A DNA stretch of 64,000 nt, from the NCBI GenBank assembly GCA_965218425.1, contig OZ244621.1, positions 704,001 through 768,000 of the forward strand, given 5' to 3'. The notes under the pieces are model-generated. The model saw only the letters and a list, made by a program, of their open reading frames with translations, made no database searches and was not told where the DNA came from. Made by a program: the position numbers and the translations under genes. The DNA comes from an uncultured Candidatus Binatia bacterium (lineage in GTDB: Bacteria > Desulfobacterota > Binatia > UBA9968 > CAXXLF01). This document shows positions 30,795 to 39,821 of the stretch, piece by piece. The stretch's first letter is position 1; each line of letters begins with the position of its first letter.

Positions 30795-32081
30795 TTAGTT
30801 TTTCCTCTTGCCTTTATCCTTTTTACCTTGGCTCCTTGTCTTTCCCGATGCGATCGATTTTTCTTCACCCAGGTATTGGCAGAGTTCTCTCAAAAATGAT
30901 TCCACGTCCGTTACCAATCCAATGGCTTGAAAGGTGCCGCGGTCCGTCAGCTTCGTGACCACCGCCGGGTTGATGTCGACGCAGACGGTTTTTACGCTGG
31001 CCGGAAGCAAATTGCCCGTGGCGATGGCATGGAGTGTGGTGGCCATCATCAGGGCAAGGCTTGCCCCGCGCGCCTTTTCCCTCATGAGTTCTTGTGCCTT
31101 GAGGGTATCGGTCACCACATCCGGGAGAGGCCCGTCATCACGAATGGATCCCGCCAGGAGGAAATCCGCCCCTTTCTTTACACAGCTATAGAGGATTCCC
31201 TTGGTCAGAATCCCCTGCTCCACGGCCTGCCGTATCCCGCCCGCCCTGCGGATTCGGTTGATGGCCCACAGGTGGTGCTCATGCCCCTCGGCGGCCCGGA
31301 TCTTTTTATCCAAATAAACCCCCAGGGAGGTCCCATAAAGGGCGGCTTCGATGTCATGAACCGCGAGCCCATTCCCGGCAAACAGCACATGGACATAACC
31401 CCCATCGATCATTTGCGCGATGTATTGAGATGCGCCCGTATGGACCAACCCCGGACCCGCAACCGCCAGGACCTTGCCGCCATCGCGACGGATTCTTTTC
31501 ATGGACTCGGCGATTTCCCGGATCAAAATACCCTTGGGTCTCTCGGTGGACACCGGGCTCGACATAAACTCGAACACCTCACGGGAGACCCGACGCTCCA
31601 CAGGGAGAATTTTGACTCCACGATGACCCACCACGATGGCATCTCCCTTTTTCACCCTGTGAATGGGAATGGTCTCCGCCCGTGCGCGGGCGGGGTCCAC
31701 ACGAATTCCACAGTCCATCTCCGGAGACTGGACATCGATCCAATGATCATTGAACCGGACCTGAGTCTGAAGATTCGTGGTGGCGTAAAATTTGTCCGGA
31801 AAGACCCCGTCCATCGGCGCCGATGCTAACCGCACCGGCTTCTTTTCCTCTTCTATGGGTAAGGCGCCATGCTCCTTGATCCGGGCCAGGACGTGGTCCA
31901 ACATCTCACGGTTGCGACCCTCAATGGAAATCTTCGCGTAACTTCGATCGTTACGGCGATGCCCCACCTGCACCTCAAGAATCTCAAACTCTCCCCCAAG
32001 GGCGGTGATCAGATCCAAGACCTTGGGAAGGATGAGGGAGTCGACGATATGACCGGAAAGTTCGACGACACTGCTTACCAT
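30795..32081 (-). CDS. LOR/SDH (TIGR00300-like) protein, AgrE C-terminal ornithine cyclodeaminase-like
   Basis: GHIVDS, EMDC, FEFMSSPVSTERP, LAGSIRDDGPLPD, CVDINPAVVTKLTDRG. Confidence 0.85.
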   Translation of the reverse strand: MVSSVVELSGHIVDSLILPKVLDLITALGGEFEILEVQVGHRRNDRSYAKISIEGRNREMLDHVLARIKEHGALPIEEEKKPVRLASAPMDGVFPDKFYATTNLQTQVRFNDHWIDVQSPEMDCGIRVDPARARAETIPIHRVKKGDAIVVGHRGVKILPVERRVSREVFEFMSSPVSTERPKGILIREIAESMKRIRRDGGKVLAVAGPGLVHTGASQYIAQMIDGGYVHVLFAGNGLAVHDIEAALYGTSLGVYLDKKIRAAEGHEHHLWAINRIRRAGGIRQAVEQGILTKGILYSCVKKGADFLLAGSIRDDGPLPDVVTDTLKAQELMREKARGASLALMMATTLHAIATGNLLPASVKTVCVDINPAVVTKLTDRGTFQAIGLVTDVESFLRELCQYLGEEKSIASGKTRSQGKKDKGKRKN

Positions 32082-32292
32082 GGGCGTAACCTACGCATTA
32101 CATTCTATGATAACTCTAAGTTCAAAGACAGCAAATTCAATATTCACGACAATACAATACTTCCTATCCGTAGATTGCTTTAAACATCGTTTCGCATCCT
32201 AAGCTTTCATGCAATTTCTTTGCCTTCAGGCGCTCAAGGGCTTAAAATAATTTAACACCCTTATTGAAACCTTGAAAGTGAGGAGGGCGCCC

Positions 32293-33783
32293 ATGGCAAA
32301 ACGTTTTAAAAATTTTATTGATGGACATTGGGTCGAGGCCAAATCGCGCAAGACCTTCGAGAACCGCAATCCGGCCAACCGCAACGAGCTAATCGGCCAA
32401 TTCCCGCTCTCTAGTGCCGAGGACGTCCATAGAGCTGTAAGCGCGGCTAAAAAGGCATTCCAGAAATGGAGCCTGGTACCGGCGCCGAAGCGAGGAGAAA
32501 TTCTTCAGCGTGTGGGGGAACTCATGCGCCAGCACAAAGAGAAATTTGCCCGAACCATGACCCGAGAGATGGGAAAGATCCTTAAGGAAAGCCGGGGGGA
32601 CGTTCAGGAGGGGATCGACACCGCCTTCTATACAGCCGGTGAGGGACGAAGGTTGTTCGGCGAGACGACGCCCTCGGAGCTGCCGGATAAATTGGCCATG
32701 TCCATCCGGGTACCTGTTGGAGTCTGTGGTCTCATCACCCCGTGGAATTTCCCCATGGCCATACCCACCTGGAAGCTTTTCCCCGCGCTTCTCTGCGGCA
32801 ATACCGTTGTGCTTAAACCGGCGGAAGACACCCCCGCCACGGCCGTCAAACTCTGCGAGATTCTTGATGAGGCAGGGATCCCACCAGGTGTTGTGAACCT
32901 GGTCCACGGCACGGGAGAAGAGGCAGGGGCCGCACTGGCGCGCCATCAGGACGTTCAGCTCATCTCGTTTACAGGATCCGCCGCGGTGGGGCGAGAGATC
33001 GCAGCCTCATGCGGCAGAGACCTCAAGAGAGTATCTCTGGAACTGGGAGGCAAGAACGCCCAAATCGTGATGGAGGATGCGGATCTGGACCTGGCGCTGG
33101 AGGGGGCCCTCTGGGGTGCCTTCGGGACCACGGGACAACGGTGCACCGCAACCAGCCGACTCATACTTCACCGTGACATTAAAGAAGAAATGACCAAGCG
33201 ACTCACCACGCTGGCCAAAAAGCTAAAGATAGGTGACGGCCTGGACGAAAAGATTGAAATGGGACCTCTCATTAATCAGGCGGCACGCGATAAAGTTCAC
33301 GGCTACGTAGAAATCGGCAAGAAGGAAGGGGCAAGGCTTCTAACCGGAGGAGAGCCCTACGATAAGGGAGAACTCGCCAATGGAAATTTTTATCTTCCCA
33401 CCGTATTTGATCAGGTGAAGCCTACCATGCGGATCGCCTAGGAAGAGATCTTCGGCCCCGTTATCTCAATCATCGAGGTCAAGAGTTTTGAAGAGTCCAT
33501 AGAGGTATTAAACGGCACCTCCTACGGCCTATCCAGTTCCATCTACACCCGAGACGTGGCGCGCGCTTTCCGTGCCATGAGAGACCTTCAAGCCGGGATC
33601 ACCTATGTTAACGGACCCACCATCGGGGCCGAAGTGCATTTGCCTTTTGGCGGCGTCAAGAATACCGGCAACGGCCATCGCGAGGCAGGTACCACAGTCT
33701 ACGATATTTTCACCGAGTGGAAATCCGTCTATATCGACTATTCCGGGAAGCTACAAAAGGCTCAAATAGACAACGTTGACTGA
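32293..33783 (+). pseudogene. Aldehyde dehydrogenase with one in-frame TAG at 33439-33441 (496 aa if read through)
   Basis: PWNFP, ELGGKN, GQRCT; MRIA*EEIFGP continues in frame to 33783. Confidence 0.85.
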
Positions 33784-33788
33784 TAGCC

Positions 33789-34874
33789 ATGGCAAACCAA
33801 AAAACAGCCCGAAAAGAAATCGCCTTGATTGGCGCGGGTAAGATCGGAAAGTTAACCACTCATCTACTCCAGAAAAAATACCAGGTCACCGTTTATGACA
33901 TTGACGAGGAGAAGGCCAAAGAGTCGGCCGGTCCCAAGGGCGCCCACGAACGGCTCGACATTAACGAGGTTAAGGACCTGCGGCGTGCCCTAAAGGGCAA
34001 GGAGATGACCATTTCCTGCTGCCCATACTTTTGCAACGAAAGGATAGCTCTCGGGGCGGCGGAGATAGAGGTGGCCTACTGCGATTTGTCAGAGGACGTT
34101 TCTTCCGGGAAGGCCATCGAGCGCATAGCCAAGGATGCCTCCACAAGCATCATCCCTCACTGTGGCCTTGCGCCAGGAGCCGCTCAGATCATCGCCCACG
34201 ACATGGTGGAGCGGTATCACCCTGTGACCAGCGTCTCCATTCGGGTGGGGGCCTTGCCGGAAAACCCCACCAATGCCCTGAAATACAATTTAACCTGGAG
34301 CACTGACGGGTTGATCAACGAATACGGCAATCCGTGCGAAGCCATCATCGACGGGAAACTCCGCAGCGTGCAACCCCTCGAAGGATATGAACGGGTAAGC
34401 ATAGAGGGCGTGGAATACGAGGCCTTCAATACCTCAGGGGGGTTAGGCACCTTGGCAAGAAGCCTGGAAGGCAAAGTGAAAGAGTTGAATTACAAAACCC
34501 TCCGTTACCTGGGACACCGGGACCTGATGAAATTTCTCATGGTGGATCTACAATTGAACGAGTACCGCGAGATCCTAAAGCATATCCTGGAGTCCGCCGT
34601 CCCCACCACCGAAAAGGACCGGGTCGTCATGCTTATTTCCGTGGTGGGCAAAACCAACGGTTCCCTACGCCAGGATACCTATACCAAGGTGATCCCTCAC
34701 GGGGAAGTGGACGGCATCCACTGGACAGCCATTCAGATTGCCACGGCTTCTTCGGTGGCCGCCGTTGTGGATCTATGCTTGCTGGGGAAAATACAAAAGA
34801 CCGGGTTCGTGCGTCAGGAAGAGATCGATTTCCAGTCATTTACAAAAAGCGAATATGGTTCCGTATACGGATAG
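33789..34874 (+). CDS. Saccharopine dehydrogenase family (lysine 6-dehydrogenase-like)
   Basis: IGAGKIG, CGLAPG, YNLTWSTDGLINEY, EAFNTSGG, YKTLRY. Confidence 0.85.
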   Translation: MANQKTARKEIALIGAGKIGKLTTHLLQKKYQVTVYDIDEEKAKESAGPKGAHERLDINEVKDLRRALKGKEMTISCCPYFCNERIALGAAEIEVAYCDLSEDVSSGKAIERIAKDASTSIIPHCGLAPGAAQIIAHDMVERYHPVTSVSIRVGALPENPTNALKYNLTWSTDGLINEYGNPCEAIIDGKLRSVQPLEGYERVSIEGVEYEAFNTSGGLGTLARSLEGKVKELNYKTLRYLGHRDLMKFLMVDLQLNEYREILKHILESAVPTTEKDRVVMLISVVGKTNGSLRQDTYTKVIPHGEVDGIHWTAIQIATASSVAAVVDLCLLGKIQKTGFVRQEEIDFQSFTKSEYGSVYG

Positions 34875-34911
34875 ACGCTAGTCCTGAACTCGAGAGCCCC
34901 GCGGCCTTACG

Positions 34912-35883
34912 TCAACGAAAGAGCCTTCGGGCATTGTCCCCCAAGACCTTCTTTTTCACTTGCGGCGCAAGCCTCGATTTCTCGATAATTTTGACCGCGT
35001 CCCCGAGATACCCCACGGTAGGAAAATCGCTGCCTAAAAGTACCTGCCCTTCTCCCATGGTCTGCACCGCAAAGTGAACCTCCTCCGGAACCCAGAAGGG
35101 AGGCGCGGTGTCGATAAAGATTCTCTCGCGATAGCGATCGAAAAACCCCTTCGATCGGTTATCCCAAAAGGACGGGTTCAATCGGTTTTTCAGGGCAAAA
35201 AATGCTCCCCCCATGTGAGAAAAGACGAAACGGAGCTTGGGAAAGCGATCCAGGGTACCACTCAACATCAACCGTGTCATGTTAATTGTAGTATCCATCG
35301 CACGACCCAGATTCCTCGTGAGGTTGAACTGTTCCATACCGTGGGGATGGGCCATGGGAAGCTCCCCTGCGGGATGAACCAGGATGGGAATATCCAGCTC
35401 TGATACCGCCTTGTAAAAGGGGTACAGTCGCCGGTCATCCATAAGAATCCCCTTGATATGTGTATTCATGGCCACGGCTTTGAAGCCGAGGTTCACAACT
35501 GCGCGCTTCAATTCCCTCCGGCTATCGGCAGCAAGGGGAGGCACATGGGCAACCGACACGATACGACCCTTGTGCCGCTCAGTGGTTTCCGCCATTGCAT
35601 CGTTGATGGTTCGAGCCGCTTTGATATTGACCCAATCGAGCCAGACCCCCACGTGAAGGGCCGCCTGGTCCACTCCAGCTTTATCCATGGACTTGATCTG
35701 ATCCTCCATGCTCGCCGTCATGGGAGGAGGAGAGAAGAGCTGTACCCCTTTACGAATTATCCGAAAGCGTCCATTTTTCCATCGGACCTTCTCGCCCCAG
35801 CGGGTAAACGGCTCTGGCCTCAGGTAATGTTCCTGGGGAATCCAGTGGTGGTGGACGTCGATAACGATATTTTTCTTCGCCAC
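34912..35883 (-). CDS. Amidohydrolase_2 family protein (ACMSD/decarboxylase-like)
   Basis: IDVHHH, ILVHP, SHMGG, LLGSDFP. Confidence 0.88.
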   Translation of the reverse strand: MAKKNIVIDVHHHWIPQEHYLRPEPFTRWGEKVRWKNGRFRIIRKGVQLFSPPPMTASMEDQIKSMDKAGVDQAALHVGVWLDWVNIKAARTINDAMAETTERHKGRIVSVAHVPPLAADSRRELKRAVVNLGFKAVAMNTHIKGILMDDRRLYPFYKAVSELDIPILVHPAGELPMAHPHGMEQFNLTRNLGRAMDTTINMTRLMLSGTLDRFPKLRFVFSHMGGAFFALKNRLNPSFWDNRSKGFFDRYRERIFIDTAPPFWVPEEVHFAVQTMGEGQVLLGSDFPTVGYLGDAVKIIEKSRLAPQVKKKVLGDNARRLFR

Positions 35884-35944
35884 GGCCCCTCCGAATCCGG
35901 AATTCCCTAGGGGAGGATTAATTCCTGGGGAAAACCACCGGGGT

Positions 35945-36140
35945 TTACCCCTTTTCACTGAGTATCACACCAATGGACTTGGTGGGTGTGGTCCCGGGGT
36001 TCTTGTTGTTAATCCAAACACCCACGTCTTCAACAAGGGCCTCCCCTTTTTTGTACTGCTTTTGTGTCCCGTCCTCCAACTCCACCAACAAAGTCCCTTC
36101 CAATACGTACATGACGGTAACGCCGCCTATACGGATTGTA
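35945..36140 (-). pseudogene. Cupin fragment lacking its N-terminus
   Basis: MYVLEGTLLVELEDG...YKKGEALVE. Confidence 0.55.
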
Positions 36141-36155
36141 AAGATTTTTTTGCGG

Positions 36156-36518
36156 TTAGTCGTCTCGGTGAACGGTTTCCATGGAAAAGGCCGGGTAACA
36201 GACCGCGATGTACTCCGCCCCTTGCGGACCGGGGCTGCTGTACTGAACCCATTCCCCCCCATGAACGATCACAGCTGAGCCTGCCTTGACCTGAAGGGTT
36301 TCTTTCTCGGTTTTCACTTCCAGCATGCCCTGAAGCACCACCGTATATTCATCGAACTCCGGTCGCTGGCCAGGCTCGACCCATCCAGTGGGGCTCTTCA
36401 TGCGGGCGATGCTCAAGGCCTCGGTCCTTGAGTTGACTCTTCCTACGAATTCCTCGATCACCTTGGGCTTGTTGCCGGCTGCAGAAATGACAGAAGGCTT
36501 TTCAATGACGGTTGGCAT
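36156..36518 (-). CDS. Cupin domain protein (EutQ-like)
   Basis: AAGNKPKVIEEFVGRVNS, GWVEPGQRPEFDEY. Confidence 0.8.
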   Translation of the reverse strand: MPTVIEKPSVISAAGNKPKVIEEFVGRVNSRTEALSIARMKSPTGWVEPGQRPEFDEYTVVLQGMLEVKTEKETLQVKAGSAVIVHGGEWVQYSSPGPQGAEYIAVCYPAFSMETVHRDD

Positions 36519-36552
36519 CGGTTTAATCCTCTTTTTGTGAAAACCATGTCAA

Positions 36553-38177
36553 TACGGTCTATTGCCCAAACGTCGGTTCAATAGCGCAATAGATCCAATC
36601 GAGCTATAACGTGTTTGTTTGCTCAAGCTATGACGGCTTGCTGCAAGACCATTGGATGGGGGGCCGCAAAGCGAATGGCCGCCCTCGTTGCTGCAGCCAA
36701 TACGGCTCTGGGTTTTGGCCGTGTATGAACAATCATCAGCTGGATGTTGTGCACAACGGCAATCAAGTAATCCTGAATCTGAACCCGCCAACGACCACGC
36801 CACCGCGCTCGTTTCAGTCCGTATCGTTTCCCTTGAGCAAACGATCGTTCCATGAAATGCTGACGAACCTTGATATCTCTTCTTGCTGCTTGACTCCGTG
36901 CCCGGCTACGCACGCTATCCAATATCTCCTGGCGCTCATGGCGTTTGATGGTTCGCCCCGCACTTTGACAGTGAGTGCATTGGAGCCGCAAGGCACACTG
37001 CTGACACACCCCGCGGCTCGTCACGTACTCAAACGCTTTGCGCTCCACCCAGTGCTTACGCCGCCTAAGCGGTTGCCCTGCCGGACATGTATAAGTGTCG
37101 GTTTCTGGGTCATAAACAAACATACTTTCAGGAAATATCTTGCTCCGACGCTCCTGCTTATCCTGAGTCTGTTTCAATACCGCAATGTGAGCCATTACCC
37201 CACGGTCATAGCACTCCAGAAAATTAGCTGTAGTCCCGTACTTGCTGTCGGCTACCACCACCTGGGCACTGCGTTGGGTATGGGCCTGATGATCCTTAAG
37301 GAGATCTGTCATGCGATGTGCTTCATTCTCATCCCCAGGGCCAACCATCGTCGCGGTAATCACCCCATACGCACCGTCAATCCCTCGGTGGGTCTGATAA
37401 CGCAAATTAGAGTTCCCTTTCTTTCCCTTGCGTAGCACCGAGGCATCTGGATCGGTCGCCGACACGTAGCGCTGGTTGACAACGTTTTGCCGGGCAGGGT
37501 TCTGCGGTGGATCCTCATGCTTGTCCTCTCTTGCCTGTTCCCGCTCCTCCAATCGCCCCTCCAACTCCTTGTATGCTGGCCTCAGGTAACGTTTAAGCCC
37601 CTGGGTGTCTATGATCGAGTGGCTCGATGCATCCGCAGCAATCAAACTGGAGTCGCAAAATAGCTTACTCCCGTCTACTAACCCGCTCTCCACACACTGC
37701 CACACTACTGGTTCGAAAAAGGAGCGAAACCACTCTACCCCCCAACGCCTCCTCGCCTTGCTCAGAACGCTGTGGTCGGGTATCTCCGAATCCAACTCCA
37801 ATCCCAGAAACCACAACCAGTCCAGCCGCTCCGGTAATGTCGCCATCAACTCCCGCTCGCTACCAACGTTGTACAGCACCAAAAGCATCATCAGCTTTAA
37901 TATCATTGGCGGTGCAATCGATACGTTGCCGTTGTATCCATATCGATCCTTGACTTCTTGGTACACAAAATCAAAATCCACCATCCGTGCTACTTTGCGT
38001 AACACGTGGTCCGCTCGTATTCGTTTCTCCAGATTGATCCCTGTGTAGAACAGTGAAGGCTGAGGGGGGGGTTGATGACCCATCATAGCTTTGCTCCCTA
38101 AGTACCGAAATAACTGAGAGCATTATAACCAGAGGGCTCTCTTAACGCATTAAAAATATCGATTTGGGCAACAGACC
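36553..38177 (-). mobile_element. IS1182-like insertion sequence, copy 2
   Basis: Near identical to copy 1; I spotted two differences (left IR G>A, transposase E>D). Confidence 0.9.
36623..38086 (-). CDS. IS1182-family DDE transposase
   Basis: 487 aa, one residue different from copy 1. Confidence 0.9.
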   Translation of the reverse strand: MMGHQPPPQPSLFYTGINLEKRIRADHVLRKVARMVDFDFVYQEVKDRYGYNGNVSIAPPMILKLMMLLVLYNVGSERELMATLPERLDWLWFLGLELDSEIPDHSVLSKARRRWGVEWFRSFFEPVVWQCVESGLVDGSKLFCDSSLIAADASSHSIIDTQGLKRYLRPAYKELEGRLEEREQAREDKHEDPPQNPARQNVVNQRYVSATDPDASVLRKGKKGNSNLRYQTHRGIDGAYGVITATMVGPGDENEAHRMTDLLKDHQAHTQRSAQVVVADSKYGTTANFLECYDRGVMAHIAVLKQTQDKQERRSKIFPESMFVYDPETDTYTCPAGQPLRRRKHWVERKAFEYVTSRGVCQQCALRLQCTHCQSAGRTIKRHERQEILDSVRSRARSQAARRDIKVRQHFMERSFAQGKRYGLKRARWRGRWRVQIQDYLIAVVHNIQLMIVHTRPKPRAVLAAATRAAIRFAAPHPMVLQQAVIA

Positions 38178-38216
38178 GCTTAATCTTGAAATCTAACGCA
38201 CTAATCGTCCACCGGC

Positions 38217-38453
38217 TTAAGCTCGAAGGTGGGGTGCATTGCGCACCCACTGGGTTTCCCCCCTCGGGGCCACGAGATAATTCCGTCCATCAACCCTCAG
38301 CAAATTCACCGGCGTTGAAAATAACCGGCCGCTCTTCCGTCCGCGAACCATAAGCACATAATTATGAGACAAACCCAATCCGACTCCTACGAAGGCGCCG
38401 AACAGTCTATTGAATGCTCTTTCTAACGTACCGGGTTGTCGAAACGATGCCAT
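38217..38453 (-). pseudogene. Deazaflavin-dependent nitroreductase family protein, 3'-truncated
   Basis: LMVRGRKSGRLFSTPV, VAPRGETQWVRN then an early stop. Confidence 0.7.
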
Positions 38454-38504
38454 GGTTACTGCGACCGGAATACGCGCTCTTACGCAGCCGCTATATCAAC
38501 CCCA

Positions 38505-38695
38505 GGAACGAAACCTTTCCCGTGCGGCCTTTTCCATCTCCTCCGGGGAAACATCACGAATATGGGTGGCCACCAACCAGTGATGACCGAAGGGGCCTTC
38601 AATCTTGCCGTAGCGGTCACCCCAGAAGGTGTCCTGAACCTCCATGGTCACCTTGGCACCGTTCTAAACGGCACGGGCAAGCACAGACTGTAACG
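38505..38695 (-). pseudogene. VOC/PhnB-like C-terminal fragment
   Basis: Manual translation ARAV*NGAKVTMEVQDTFWGDRYGKIEGPFGHHWLVATH. Confidence 0.7.
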
Positions 38696-38704
38696 TTTTA
38701 ATCA

Positions 38705-39439
38705 TCAGATCCCCCATCCACCGCTCAGATGGATATTGGTGCCGTTCACGTAACGGGCTTCTTCGGATAAAAGATAGCGCACCGCAGAAACCGCGTCTCC
38801 AAGGGTACCTAGGTATCCTGCGGGGATTCTCTTGACCATGGCCTCCAGCTCCTCCTTGGGCGCGCTACCGGAATCCACGAAGCCCGGCGAAATGGCATTT
38901 GCAGTGATACCATGGGGAGCCAGCAGACGGGCCAGAGAACGGGTAACCACAAGCAAGCCAACCTTTGCAATATAGTGGGCCGTCAGTTGGGGTTGGGCGA
39001 TAAGCTGGTCCGCATTGGCCATGCCAAAGCAGACGATCCGCCCCCACTTGCGCTCCATCATCCCTTTCGCAACGGCACGACTCAAGTAAAATACGGGGTG
39101 CAGGTTGTTATCGAACATGGAATGCCACCCCTCAATGGTTTCCTCCAAAAGGTTAGCGCGGTGATAGGGACCGGCGCAATTTATGAGCGCGTCAATGCGC
39201 CCCCAACTGCCCTCAATCTGGTTGACTAAAGTCTCGACGGCTTTGGGTTCGGATACGTCACACTTGATTGCGAGGGCTTTTGAGTTCTTTTTTCGAATGG
39301 CGTCCGCCACCTCGGAAGCCTGTGTCTCACTGGTGCGGTAGCATATGGCCACAGACCAACCTTGATCGGCGAGATCCAGGGCAACTGCGCGCCCTATGCC
39401 GCGCGCCCCCCCCGTAACCAAAGCCACTCGTTCACTCAC
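38705..39439 (-). CDS. SDR family oxidoreductase
   Basis: VTGGARGIG, YIAK, NAISPG. Confidence 0.9.
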   Translation of the reverse strand: MSERVALVTGGARGIGRAVALDLADQGWSVAICYRTSETQASEVADAIRKKNSKALAIKCDVSEPKAVETLVNQIEGSWGRIDALINCAGPYHRANLLEETIEGWHSMFDNNLHPVFYLSRAVAKGMMERKWGRIVCFGMANADQLIAQPQLTAHYIAKVGLLVVTRSLARLLAPHGITANAISPGFVDSGSAPKEELEAMVKRIPAGYLGTLGDAVSAVRYLLSEEARYVNGTNIHLSGGWGI

Positions 39440-39473
39440 GGCTTAACCCCCATGGCTATCGGAAAAATCATGA

Positions 39474-39700
39474 TTCGCACAAAGACGCAAAGTATTAACA
39501 AAATTACAAATTCAAATCTCGAAATCCGAAATTCGAAACAATTTCAATAACCCAAATACAGAACAAAACTATTAATCGCTTGGCCTCGGGTACTCGGCTT
39601 GTCACCCTTGAGAGAAATACCAGAGCGCCGGTTAGATGTTTTGATCATAAATATTGAGAGGTTTCGGAACCGCATAGAGTTTCGTGCTTCGGATTTAGAA
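39474..39700. repeat. AT-rich intergenic repeat element, copy B
   Basis: TCGAAATCCGAAATTCGAAACAATT shared with the 17.3-kb element; inverted partner tttcgtgcttcggattt near 39680. Confidence 0.65.
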
Positions 39701-39821
39701 TGTTGGCTCGGCGGAGTTTCGACGGGATAAACTTTGGCGATGTTTTTCTTTTAAACATTTTAAAGCGAATAATCGAAACGGCGCAATATACGCCCGTTGG
39801 GGTCCCACTGACTCAAAGCGA

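Noticed and set aside
30927..31829. 300-aa plus-strand ORF
   Set aside because: Antisense shadow of the LOR/SDH gene
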